Source: Rhodospirillales bacterium
GTDB lineage: Bacteria > Pseudomonadota > Alphaproteobacteria > Acetobacterales > Acetobacteraceae
Reading direction: 5' to 3'
Assembly (NCBI GenBank): GCA_028866445.1
Contig: JAGWIE010000001.1
Location: forward strand, 1 to 37,503
DNA: 37,503 nt
Shown here in pieces: positions 1-10,461 of this stretch (position 1 is its first letter; every line of letters begins with the position of its first letter). A program made the translations under genes and the position numbers. Below the pieces are notes generated by a model, which ran no database searches, had not been told where the DNA came from, and saw nothing but the letters and a program-made list of their open reading frames with translations.

Positions 1-87
1 CCAATCATCGAATAGCGAGAGCTCTGCACCAATGCTTTCGATGGCTTCGGCGGCGGTTGTTTCGTCGGGCGTGTAAAATGAGGTCAT
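1..87 (-). CDS. sufE: SufE family Fe-S assembly protein, N-terminus only (runs off the window)
   Basis: Manual translation MTSFYTPDETTAAEAIESIGAELSLFDDW; LFDDW matches the SufE N-terminal F-x-D-W motif; the ATG overlaps the corA stop (ATGA). Confidence 0.65.
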   Translation of the reverse strand, partial: MTSFYTPDETTAAEAIESIGAELSLFDDW

Positions 88-1052
88 ATCCAACCCTTTT
101 TACGGAACCAGATGAGCGGGGCAACTGCTGATATTATCATCGCCGCCCAGGCGTATTCATAGCCGTATTGCCAACTCAACTCAGGAATGTTGTGGAAATT
201 CATTCCGTAAATACCGGCGATGAGGGTAGGTGGGATGCCCATGATGGAAACAATGGTGAGAACCTTGATGAGGCTGTTCTGGGCAATGTTGATGAAGCCG
301 AGTGTTGAATCCAGGAGGAACTGCACTTTGTCGGTCAGGTGAGTAGAAAATTCATTGAGAGAAGAGACGTCCCTTTGAACAGATTTCAGGCGGTCGCGGA
401 CAGGTTTTGGCATCCATTCCACCGCGGCAATCGCATAAGGCGCAATTCGCGCCACACCAAGCTGGGCGTCTCGTAGAAAGGAGATGGCATCGTAATCCCG
501 GCCCAATGTGATTAGAATGGCTTGCAGCTCGCGTTCGGCGTTGCGGGCAGGCGTTTGGTTGCCCATACGGTGATGAAAAACTTTGTGGCTCAAATGGTCC
601 AGCTCTTCACGCAGCTTTTCAAGCGAATCAGCTTGCCGGTCGACTATGCCTTCCAGCAGCCCGGCAAAAATATGCGTGCTGCCAGAAACATTATCTGGCG
701 GTGCGGTTGTGTTGAACTGGTTGAACAAGAGGCTGGGTGCAAAACGTAGCGTCACTAAAAATTTGGGCGATAAAACAAACCCGCATACGCCAGCTTCCAA
801 CACACCGCTGGCACGCGTGACGATTGGCATTGAGAGGGTAAGAATTTCATTTTCCACCCCCAGGCGAGAGGAGTTTTCGATCTCGATCAAATCCGCATGT
901 TGCGGCAGTGAAAACTCAGTTACCCTCGTAACGAAGGCATATTCGTCGGGCTCTGGTATTTCTAGGTCGAACCATATCGCATTTGCGGCCTCTTCAGGGG
1001 CAAGGCGAATCAAACGCCCGTTCTGGCACGCATAGGCTTTCAGCATAACCAC
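84..1052 (-). CDS. corA: CorA family Mg2+/Co2+ transporter
   Basis: C-terminal PPTLIAGIYGMNF (GMN signature) followed by PELSW and a second TM helix; the start may be ATG at 1046. Confidence 0.92.
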   Translation of the reverse strand: MVMLKAYACQNGRLIRLAPEEAANAIWFDLEIPEPDEYAFVTRVTEFSLPQHADLIEIENSSRLGVENEILTLSMPIVTRASGVLEAGVCGFVLSPKFLVTLRFAPSLLFNQFNTTAPPDNVSGSTHIFAGLLEGIVDRQADSLEKLREELDHLSHKVFHHRMGNQTPARNAERELQAILITLGRDYDAISFLRDAQLGVARIAPYAIAAVEWMPKPVRDRLKSVQRDVSSLNEFSTHLTDKVQFLLDSTLGFINIAQNSLIKVLTIVSIMGIPPTLIAGIYGMNFHNIPELSWQYGYEYAWAAMIISAVAPLIWFRKKGWI

Positions 1053-1078
1053 CCCTTAAAGCAACTGGCGCAGCAATA

Positions 1079-1660
1079 TCAGCGGGGCGGGTTTTGGCAA
1101 GCAAGAAGAGCTTCTGCTGAAGCTGCAAGCCGCTTAAGTGTACGACCAAACACGGCTTCATCATTTACGGCACGGGCCAGCAACAACCCGCCCTGAATGC
1201 TCAACACGGCTTGCTCTGCAAAAGCTGAGGCTTCCGCCGTATCGGCCCCTCCACGCACTAAACAACCTGAGAGAGCGTGAACCCATCGCGTGAAATAAGT
1301 TTGAATCGCGGCCCGGAAATGGTCGCGCGTTGAATCCAGCGCGAAAGCGCCGACGAGGCAGACGCGCCCGCCAGAACGGAAATATCCGTCGGTTTGGGCC
1401 CACATATGCCCCAGTGCGGATCTAGGTTCGCTGGTTTCCAACGGCACGTATATGTTTTTCACGAACCATTCATCTATCCCTGCCAGAATTTCAGCCGCCA
1501 TCTGCTCTTTCCCACTGGGAAAAACATGGAAGAGGCTGCCTTTGCTGATGCCGGTTAATTTCGTAATCTGGCTAAAGGACGCGCCCTCGTAACCCAAGGC
1601 CCTGAAAACCTCGGCCACGAGGGGCAGCATTTCGGATTTTTCGCGGAAAAGCCTGGCCAA
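1079..1660 (-). CDS. TetR/AcrR family transcriptional regulator (NemR/LmrA-like)
   Basis: N-terminal HTH GYEGASFSQITKLTGISKGSLFHVFPSGKEQM; C-terminal domain with VCLVG; TTG start. Confidence 0.88.
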   Translation of the reverse strand: MARLFREKSEMLPLVAEVFRALGYEGASFSQITKLTGISKGSLFHVFPSGKEQMAAEILAGIDEWFVKNIYVPLETSEPRSALGHMWAQTDGYFRSGGRVCLVGAFALDSTRDHFRAAIQTYFTRWVHALSGCLVRGGADTAEASAFAEQAVLSIQGGLLLARAVNDEAVFGRTLKRLAASAEALLACQNPPR

Positions 1661-1665
1661 ATATG

Positions 1666-2127
1666 TTACAGTCCCAAATCACTCAGGCTTGCATGGTCGT
1701 CCGGCCGGCGGCCGAGCGGCCAGTGGAACTTGCGGTCTGCTTCCTTGATCGGTAGGTCGTTGATGCAGGCGAAGCGGCGCTGCATCAACCCTTCGGCGTT
1801 GAATTCCCAGTTTTCGTTGCCGTAGGAGCGGAACCAGTTGCCGCTGTCATCGTGCCATTCATACGCAAACCGCACGGCAATGCGGTTGCCGGTATAGGAC
1901 CAAAGCTCCTTGATCAGCCGGTAATCTTGCTCTTTGGCCCATTTGCGGGTGAGGAAGGCCACGATCTCGGGGCGGCCATTGATGAATTCCGCGCGGTTCC
2001 GCCATTGGCTATCCGGCGTGTACACCAGCGACACTTTCTCGGGGTTGCGACTATTCCAGCCATCCTCCGCCACACGGACTTTCGCGATAGCAGTTTCTTC
2101 AGTGAAAGGAGGGATCAACGCGGCCAT
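1666..2127 (-). CDS. DUF1348 / SnoaL-like (NTF2-fold) protein
   Basis: [22 protein letters not shown]...WRNRAEF...DYRLIKELW...[12 protein letters not shown]...[11 protein letters not shown] typical of DUF1348; GGAG SD upstream. Confidence 0.9.
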   Translation of the reverse strand: MAALIPPFTEETAIAKVRVAEDGWNSRNPEKVSLVYTPDSQWRNRAEFINGRPEIVAFLTRKWAKEQDYRLIKELWSYTGNRIAVRFAYEWHDDSGNWFRSYGNENWEFNAEGLMQRRFACINDLPIKEADRKFHWPLGRRPDDHASLSDLGL

Positions 2128-2164
2128 CTCATAAACTCCGGTTGTTATACTTTGACTATACCTC

Positions 2165-2193
2165 TTATTAAACCGAACGGTTTAATTATTCAA
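2165..2193 (-). promoter_or_regulatory. Sigma70 promoter with an embedded palindromic operator for the DUF1348-TetR operon
   Basis: Minus strand TTGAAT-N17-TAATAA; inverted repeat ATTAAACCG-AA-CGGTTTAAT (2167-2186) covers the spacer and part of the -10. Confidence 0.7.
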
Positions 2194-2267
2194 CTGGTAG
2201 ATGGCTTGATACTAGGTTGGCAGATATACCGAGAGTGCGATGCTGGGTGATAAGACCGATAGAAAGA

Positions 2268-2341
2268 TGGCTGGGGGACCTGGATTCGAACCAAGGCTGT
2301 CCGAGTCAGAGTCGGAAGTTCTACCGCTAAACTATCCCCCA
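2268..2341 (-). tRNA. tRNA-Gln (anticodon CTG)
   Basis: Reverse complement TGGGGGATAGTTTAGCGGTAGAACTTCCGACTCTGACTCGGACAGCCTTGGTTCGAATCCAGGTCCCCCAGCCA: cloverleaf, TTCGAAT T-loop, encoded CCA. Confidence 0.97.
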
Positions 2342-2359
2342 AGCGGTATCGGTGGCGGG

Positions 2360-2388
2360 CGTTTAGCATCCTGGGAGCTAGGGGGCAA
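2360..2388 (-). promoter_or_regulatory. Probable sigma70 promoter of tRNA-Gln
   Basis: TTGCCC-N17-TAAACG followed by a GC-rich discriminator. Confidence 0.55.
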
Positions 2389-2485
2389 GCGCCGGTTGTT
2401 GTTGGGTTGTCACAAAATACTGCACTTGCCTGCTTGGTTGATGATTGCGGCTTGCCCCGCCAGAATAAAGGGCGAATATTGCAGT

Positions 2486-3541
2486 ATGGCCGGTCAACCC
2501 TTCCTCGCGCAGCCAATGCAGCCGGTTTCAAACCGCCGGCGTCGGCGTGCCATTTTTGGGGGCATCGATCTCGGTACCAATAATTGCCGTATGCTCATCG
2601 GCACGCCAGCCGCGCAGGGCATGTATATTTTAGATAGCTTCTCCCGGGTGGTGCGGCTGGGTGAGGGGCTGTATGAAACCGGCCGGCTTTCCACCATGGC
2701 GATGGAGAGAGCTATTGCCTCACTTTCTGTATGCGCTGAGCGCGCAAGGCGCTGGGCAGGGGATGAGGGTAATATACCAATCAGGCTGCGCGCCATTGCG
2801 ACAGAGGCTTGCAGACAAGCCGAGAACGGTGACGAATTTATCCGCCGCGCACGAGCCGCCACAGGGTTGCCGCTGGAGATCATTCACTCCCGGGAGGAAG
2901 CGGAGTTAGCGGTGGAAAGCTGTGCGCCTTTGCTGCGCAAAGCCGGGCGCAGGGCGTTGTTGTTTGATATCGGCGGTGGTTCCACGGAGATTGCTTGGGT
3001 ACGGCTTGATGGCGGCTCGCGGCCAGAACTAATCGGGTATCTTTCCTTGCCGGTTGGCGTAGTTACACTGTCGGAGCGTTGCGCCGGTTCCTGCTATCAA
3101 AGCGATGGTTTCGCTGGATTGGTAGAAAATATTGTCGCGATGCTAAGGCCCTTTGAGGGGACGCATCGTATCGGCGAAGAAATCCGGCGGGGCGGGGTTG
3201 TTATGGTCGGTACGTCCGGAACCGTAACCACTTTGGCCGGGGTGTCGCTTAAGCTGGAGCGTTACCGCCGTGGGCTGGTGGATGGCGTTTCTCTCACGCG
3301 TAGGGCGGTGGATGACGCATTGGCCGAGGCGCGGGCGCTGGGACGCGAAGGGCTCTCCCGCCACCCTTGCGTTGGGCAGGAGCGGGTTGAGTTCGTGCTG
3401 CCTGGCTGCGCCATTTTTGCCGCGATTCATGAATTATGGCAGGTGCCCCAGTTGATGGTGGCCGATAGGGGCTTGCGCGAGGGCATGTTGATGAGGCTGA
3501 TGCGCGATATGCCACCCCAGAAACGCCGATTGAACGCATGA
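2486..3541 (+). CDS. ppx: Ppx/GppA family exopolyphosphatase
   Basis: IDLGTNNCR, RVVRLGEG, ATEACR, FDIGGGSTE, GTSGTVTTL, DRGLREG motifs; start moved to ATG 2486 because the longer ORF overlaps tRNA-Gln. Confidence 0.9.
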   Translation: MAGQPFLAQPMQPVSNRRRRRAIFGGIDLGTNNCRMLIGTPAAQGMYILDSFSRVVRLGEGLYETGRLSTMAMERAIASLSVCAERARRWAGDEGNIPIRLRAIATEACRQAENGDEFIRRARAATGLPLEIIHSREEAELAVESCAPLLRKAGRRALLFDIGGGSTEIAWVRLDGGSRPELIGYLSLPVGVVTLSERCAGSCYQSDGFAGLVENIVAMLRPFEGTHRIGEEIRRGGVVMVGTSGTVTTLAGVSLKLERYRRGLVDGVSLTRRAVDDALAEARALGREGLSRHPCVGQERVEFVLPGCAIFAAIHELWQVPQLMVADRGLREGMLMRLMRDMPPQKRRLNA

Positions 3542-4212
3542 CTGAGAATACTTCAAAATTACCGCCACGCCGTGAGGCCGTGCGGCTGAAGAACGCGCGC
3601 AAACTCTCACCATCATCGCAACGTTGGCTGCAAAGGCAGTTGAACGACCCTTACGTGACTGCGGCGAAGGCGCAGGGCTGGCGCTCTCGGGCGGCCTTTA
3701 AGCTCATCGAATTGGATGACAAGTATAAGCTGATCAGCAAAGGGGCGCGCGTGCTGGATTTGGGAGCTGCCCCCGGTGGATGGAGCCAGGTGGCGCTGGC
3801 GCATGGGGCTTCCCGGGTTGTGGGAATTGATCTGCTGGAAGTGTTGCCGGTGCAGGGTGCCGAATTTGTGCAGGGGGATTTTCTCGAGGACGGCATGGAA
3901 GCCAGGTTGATGGAAATGTTGGGGGGCAAGGCTGACCTTGTAATGTCTGATATGGCACCCAACACTTCCGGCCATGTCGCTACTGATCATTTACGTATTA
4001 TGGCTTTGGCAGAGACGGCTCTGGCTTTTGCCTGCGACATTCTCGCACCCGACGGTGCCTTCGTGGCCAAGCTTTTCCAGGGAGGAGCTGAGAAGAGCAT
4101 GTTAACCACTCTGAAAGCACGCTTCCGACAAGTTAGGCACGCCAAGCCTCCGGCGAGCCGGAAGGATTCGAAGGAAATGTATGTGATTGCAACGGGTTTT
4201 CGGGTGGAATAA
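3538..4212 (+). CDS. rlmE: 23S rRNA Um2552 2'-O-methyltransferase RlmE/FtsJ
   Basis: RWLQRQLNDPY, WRSRAAFKL, LDLGAAPGGWSQ, SDMAP, KPPASRKDSKEMY. Confidence 0.96.
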   Translation: MTENTSKLPPRREAVRLKNARKLSPSSQRWLQRQLNDPYVTAAKAQGWRSRAAFKLIELDDKYKLISKGARVLDLGAAPGGWSQVALAHGASRVVGIDLLEVLPVQGAEFVQGDFLEDGMEARLMEMLGGKADLVMSDMAPNTSGHVATDHLRIMALAETALAFACDILAPDGAFVAKLFQGGAEKSMLTTLKARFRQVRHAKPPASRKDSKEMYVIATGFRVE

Positions 4213-4445
4213 TAGATTATATTCAAGGTCAAGCCGCTCAGGGTATTTTATTGCAGACAAAATATTACATGGTTTTTATTTGAGATTGCCGGGAGGGGGC
4301 CTAAAAATCTGGAGAGATGGTTGGAAAGGCCGTTGTTTGCTTTTATTCAATCATGCCGTCATAGCCGGAGGAGCCCGGTGGTAAGCACGTTGTTGCTTAC
4401 GTAAAATGGTTTTATTGCCGGTACTTTGGGGTTATTAACTTTATT

Positions 4446-6482
4446 ATGAATCATTCTGAGGCCGAACAGCTTTTGAATCTGGGCCATCCGCCGCTGTCGG
4501 CTTCATTCTCCGCGCTGCCGGCCAGCTTCGATGAGCTTCACGAACTTATCCTAAAAGCCAAAGTGGTTTCTTTCGATGTGTTCGATACCTTGCTGGTACG
4601 CACGGTGCTGAATACTTCAGATGTATTCCTGATCATGGAGCGTGAATCCGGTATCGAGGGGTTTTACGAAGCCCGGATTCGGGCTGAGGCGCAGGCGCGG
4701 GAAAAGCTGAATGCAGCAAGCGGCTCGCCCGAGGTAACGCTGGCACAGATTTATGAATCGCTGCGGCTTGCAAATGATATTCCTGGTTGGTCCGCCGCCA
4801 GATTGATGCAGCTTGAACTGGATACCGAACGGCAAGTGCTCATACGCTCCCCCGGCATTGAAGCGATTTATGACCAAGCGCTAAGCACGGGTAAGCTGGT
4901 GGTTGCGGTATCTGACATGTATTTGCCGCCCGAATTTGTGCAGGAGATGCTGATTGCGAATCATCTGCCGGTCGATCGGGTTTTCGTTTCTTGCCGATAT
5001 AGAAAATCTAAGCATGAAGGCTCGCTTTATGAAGAAGTTACCACGGCGCTAAACGTCCGCCCCGAGGAAATTTTACATTTTGGCGATAATTTCAAGGCGG
5101 ATTGCGCGGCGGCTCTTCAGGCCGGAGTGGCGGGCTATCATCTGCCGGCACTGCGTGACCAGCTTGGCCGTGATACGCGGTTCAACCAACGTGCCATCGA
5201 ACAACTGACTTTGGCGGCCACGCGTTCCCCTGCCGCGAAGCGTAATCTGTTGGCGTCGGCAGTGGTGGCACACCTCTCGATGTTTAAAGCCGCCAATCCG
5301 GTGCCGAGCATGGCAGCGCAATTCGGTGCGATGTATGCAGGGCCATTGGTAGTGGGTTTTGCGCAATGGCTGAGTGAGATAATGAAGACGGATAAGGTGC
5401 GGCATCTGCGCCTTGCGACCCGCGATGGTTATATCACGGAGGCGATCTGGCGGCGGCTTGGCCTGCCAGGGCGCGCATCGATTTTCCATATTTCCAGACG
5501 CCTGACGCTTATGCCCGCTCTGGTGAATGGGTTTGATAAGGAAACGCCCTCCTTACTTAACGCCAGCACAACGGTGACGCTGGGTGATAGCGTGCGACGG
5601 TTGAACCTGGCCTATGATGCCGATTTGCTGGCAATGTTGGGCAATTTGGCACCGCTGGACCAGCCGGTGAATGGGCCGCGCCGGGTGGAAGCCGCGTTGA
5701 AGGCGCTGCAAGAGTGCAAGACGCTGATAAGGAACATCGCGGCTGAGGAGCTAGAGGGTTACCAGGCATATTTGGCTCAGGAAGATTTTGATGCGAATGA
5801 GGATGCGGTGGCCGATTGCGGGTGGGCGCTTTCCTCGCAACGGCGCATGGAACAGTTTCTGGGCAAGAAACTTCGCGGTTACTACATCGGCTCGCTTGAA
5901 CACGCCCATATGCACGAGCGAATCAAATCCTTCCTGTTTCACAAAGGAAACCACAGAGGCTGGGTAAATATCGCTGAACGAGCGGTTGAATTGCTGGAAT
6001 TGCCGTTCGCGGCACTCCAGGCGCAGATATGCAGGTTCGATTTGCAGGCAGACGGTACGGCCAAGCCGGTTTCAATCGACCACGAGCCGCAATATGAGAT
6101 GGTACGCGAGGTGTTTGTAAAGCGGATGCATCGTCAGACAGAAGCGTTTGCCGATTTCATTCGTCCGTTATTGGCCAATATTACGGTAGAGGATTTCCGC
6201 GAGGTTTTGTACATTCTGTTCGACGCGCTGGTAAATAAGCCGACGCCATTTGAGTATCATGAGCTTGCCGGGTTGCCGCATAACCGGGAATATGGAAAAT
6301 CTGATTTCGCGACAATAGGGACTTTTTGGCGCGTGCCGAAAGGCAGCGCGTATGCCAGCCAGGCAGGTATAACCCGCTGGCGGGATTATGTGCGTATCGG
6401 CTGGATCTCCTTGCGCCAAGCCGGGCCGCGCGTGACCTTGGCGCGGGTGCGCCGTGTGGTAAGGCGCCGATTTGTTCCATAG
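4446..6482 (+). CDS. HAD phosphatase + phosphoribosyltransferase-like two-domain protein (probable glycan ribofuranosyltransferase)
   Basis: HAD motifs SFDVFDTLL, VSDMY, SK, HFGDN; C-terminal half with LATRDGY and ADCGWALSSQ; basic amphipathic C-terminal tail. Confidence 0.65.
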   Translation: MNHSEAEQLLNLGHPPLSASFSALPASFDELHELILKAKVVSFDVFDTLLVRTVLNTSDVFLIMERESGIEGFYEARIRAEAQAREKLNAASGSPEVTLAQIYESLRLANDIPGWSAARLMQLELDTERQVLIRSPGIEAIYDQALSTGKLVVAVSDMYLPPEFVQEMLIANHLPVDRVFVSCRYRKSKHEGSLYEEVTTALNVRPEEILHFGDNFKADCAAALQAGVAGYHLPALRDQLGRDTRFNQRAIEQLTLAATRSPAAKRNLLASAVVAHLSMFKAANPVPSMAAQFGAMYAGPLVVGFAQWLSEIMKTDKVRHLRLATRDGYITEAIWRRLGLPGRASIFHISRRLTLMPALVNGFDKETPSLLNASTTVTLGDSVRRLNLAYDADLLAMLGNLAPLDQPVNGPRRVEAALKALQECKTLIRNIAAEELEGYQAYLAQEDFDANEDAVADCGWALSSQRRMEQFLGKKLRGYYIGSLEHAHMHERIKSFLFHKGNHRGWVNIAERAVELLELPFAALQAQICRFDLQADGTAKPVSIDHEPQYEMVREVFVKRMHRQTEAFADFIRPLLANITVEDFREVLYILFDALVNKPTPFEYHELAGLPHNREYGKSDFATIGTFWRVPKGSAYASQAGITRWRDYVRIGWISLRQAGPRVTLARVRRVVRRRFVP

Positions 6483-6569
6483 CCTGGGCTGCGCGGCGTG
6501 CATGGCCCGTCTGACTTGCGTTAGGGTGGCATGATGGTTATTGGGAACCGCCAAGGTCTTATTGGATAG

Positions 6570-8072
<1,503 letters not shown>

Positions 8073-8441
8073 GCCGCCACGCAGCAATAATGCATGACGA
8101 TGGTTTCATGAAATCGAAGCAAATGCATTTGCTGTTGGCGTGTGGCAGAAATGGAATTTTTTCGCTACGGTATAGTGCAATTTAAAGCGAAACATCAATG
8201 TGTTGATGCACATCGCTGCAGTTTAATTGGTGTGCAATAAGGCACCGGGATATATCCGGATGCTAACATTTGGCTTGCAGACGTTTAATGGCAATGCCCT
8301 TTTCCTGCCGCACTGGCCTCCCACATTCATATTGCTAACCGAAAGATCGTGATCTCGATCTGAATGTTTAAGGCAATCGACCGTGGCGAAATGTGCCATG
8401 GGTCGGGCAGTGATGCCCGCAACGTAAAAGGAGTGAGGACC

Positions 8442-8780
8442 ATGAAATTTAAATTTATGGCGACCAGCGCTGCACTTATCATGATGAGTGGATCTGCATT
8501 CGCGCAAACGTCCACGTATTCACAGAGCACCACCACAACCGCGACGCCAGAAATGGCGGCTCCCGCACCTGTGGTTCCACCGGAGCCAGGGACGCTGAGC
8601 ACGACCCAAACCACCAAGGCCATAGATAGCAATGGTAATTCTTATGAAGCGTCGAAAACCACATATGGCAATGTGAATGGCGCAGCTTCCGATAGCACGA
8701 CAACGACAACGACGGCACCGCCGCCAGTCACGTATTATTCACAAAAAACAACGACAACTTCCACCGGCGACAGCAATTGA
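8442..8780 (+). CDS. Small secreted Thr/Ser-rich low-complexity protein
   Basis: SD GAGG/AGGAG upstream of ATG 8442; signal peptide MKFKFMATSAALIMMSGSAFA/Q; several poly-Thr runs. Confidence 0.75.
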   Translation: MKFKFMATSAALIMMSGSAFAQTSTYSQSTTTTATPEMAAPAPVVPPEPGTLSTTQTTKAIDSNGNSYEASKTTYGNVNGAASDSTTTTTTAPPPVTYYSQKTTTTSTGDSN

Positions 8781-8793
8781 TTGGAATAATAAA

Positions 8794-9015
8794 ATGAAAA
8801 AAATCAATTATTTTCTGGTAATTCCAATGATCGTTGGGGTCGGCGCTTTGAGCGCCTGCGCAGACAATCCTCCGCAGACAACCACCACTTCCTCAGAGAC
8901 GGTACAGGGAACTGCACCAGCTGAAGCCCCACCTATGGCAGCGCCTATGCAACCCGTTATGCCGGGCACGGTGACAACGCAGACCACGCATAGTGAAACG
9001 ATGCCTGCGCAATAA
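8794..9015 (+). CDS. Small Thr/Pro-rich lipoprotein
   Basis: MKKINYFLVIPMIVGVGALSA/C: basic n-region, hydrophobic core, lipobox LSAC. Confidence 0.75.
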   Translation: MKKINYFLVIPMIVGVGALSACADNPPQTTTTSSETVQGTAPAEAPPMAAPMQPVMPGTVTTQTTHSETMPAQ

Positions 9016-9026
9016 CAAAACGTTAG

Positions 9027-9057
9027 CAATCCGGGCGAAGCATTTTCGCCCGGATTG
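9027..9057. terminator. Perfect 13-bp intercistronic stem-loop (mRNA stabiliser or partial terminator)
   Basis: CAATCCGGGCGAA-GCATT-TTCGCCCGGATTG; no strong U-tract on the + strand. Confidence 0.55.
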
Positions 9058-9076
9058 TGAACGAAGGAGATTTGTG

Positions 9077-9559
9077 ATGAATAAAACGGGAATGTTGATG
9101 TTTGCCAGTGCACTTCTGGCTGCTCCGTTAGCCATGGCGCAAATGGCACCGCAAACATCCGATGGAGCACTGCCGGGGAATGACATCGGTACGCGCTCTT
9201 CTCTGCCGCGCTCGCCTAATGCCAGCAACATCAATAGTGGAGACATGACTTCAACTATTGCGCCAACGCCACCGGCGCCGGATGTGCCGCCAGGTTCGAC
9301 CGTTTCGGCATATCTGACGAGTGCCAGCCAATCTCTCTCCGCTCGGCAAACAGGCACGGCGGATGAAGCGCTCGAGGAAGCAGAAACCGCAATTCTGCAA
9401 CGCAGCGTGCCTGCGAGCATGGGGAATATGCCAAGTTCCGATCCAGTGGTGGCGCAGATTGAGCAAGCCCGCCAGGACATTGGCGATAATAACGACCAAG
9501 GGGCTTTGGCGACGATCCAGCAAATTCTTGCCAGTAACGCGCCGGAGCTTAATCTCTGA
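9077..9559 (+). CDS. Secreted hypothetical protein (Pro-rich N-terminal half, helical C-terminal half)
   Basis: SD AAGGAG; signal peptide MNKTGMLMFASALLAAPLAMA/Q; C-terminal helices (ADEALEEAETAILQR). Confidence 0.8.
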   Translation: MNKTGMLMFASALLAAPLAMAQMAPQTSDGALPGNDIGTRSSLPRSPNASNINSGDMTSTIAPTPPAPDVPPGSTVSAYLTSASQSLSARQTGTADEALEEAETAILQRSVPASMGNMPSSDPVVAQIEQARQDIGDNNDQGALATIQQILASNAPELNL

Positions 9560-9561
9560 AT

Positions 9562-10401
9562 TTAGCCCACGGCCAGATTGTCTAGCAGCCGCACATGGCC
9601 GAGCCGTGCAGCGGCAAGCAGACGTGCGGGTTGTTGCAGTGTACCCAGCGGTTCCAGCGTTTCGGCATGAACAAGGGCGACATAATCCGGCACCATTCCG
9701 GCGGCGGCGAGTTCGTGCCGGGCATTATGCAGCGTGGCTGAAGGCTCTTTGCCAGAAATTAAATACTGCACGGCATGTTTAAGTGCTGCGTGTAGCTTTG
9801 GTGCTGATTTGCGCTCTTCAGCGGTGAGGTAGCGGTTGCGGGACGACATGGCGAGGCCATCTTCCTCGCGCATGGTGGGAACAGGCACGATACGCACTGG
9901 CAAATGCAAATCCGCCACCATACGCCGCACCACCTGAATTTGCTGCCAATCTTTTTCACCGAAGAAAGCAGCACCGGGCTTCATTTGCCCGAATAATTTA
10001 GCAACCACCGTTGCTACGCCGTTGAAGTGGCCGGGGCGCTGAGTGCCCTCCCAATGCTGGCTGGGGCCGTGTACATGCAATGTGGTGGCATGACCCTTGG
10101 GGTACATTTCTTCCATGCTTGGCAGCCAAAGCAGCGCGCAACCAGCTTCCTCAAGCTTTGCGATGTCACCTGCCTCGTCACGCGGATAGCGGGCGAGGTC
10201 TTCTTTGGGGCCAAACTGCGTAGGGTTCACGAAAATGCTTGCCATTGGTGTGAGACCCGTTTGCCTCGCGGCCTCAATCAGGGCGAGATGCCCTTGATGA
10301 AGTGCACCCATGGTGGCGATGAGGCCAGTGGGCCCGAGGCTTGTGCGGGCGGCGGTGAGCTCTTCAAATGTTCGGGCGATGATCATCGGGCGGACTTTCA
10401 T
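9562..10401 (-). CDS. panC: Pantoate--beta-alanine ligase
   Basis: TMGALHQGH, SIFVNPTQF, RPGHFNGVATVV, FGEKDWQQ, REEDGLAMSSRN, RLLDN. Confidence 0.97.
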   Translation of the reverse strand: MKVRPMIIARTFEELTAARTSLGPTGLIATMGALHQGHLALIEAARQTGLTPMASIFVNPTQFGPKEDLARYPRDEAGDIAKLEEAGCALLWLPSMEEMYPKGHATTLHVHGPSQHWEGTQRPGHFNGVATVVAKLFGQMKPGAAFFGEKDWQQIQVVRRMVADLHLPVRIVPVPTMREEDGLAMSSRNRYLTAEERKSAPKLHAALKHAVQYLISGKEPSATLHNARHELAAAGMVPDYVALVHAETLEPLGTLQQPARLLAAARLGHVRLLDNLAVG

Positions 10402-10461
10402 TATTTTTCAACATACGTCCAGCCCTGGGCAACAGGATTGGCTGGGGTTAAGTAGGTCAAC

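Noticed and set aside
2240-2485. N-terminal extension of the 433-aa ppx ORF
   Set aside because: It runs antisense through tRNA-Gln and its promoter; Ppx motifs begin only after 2486
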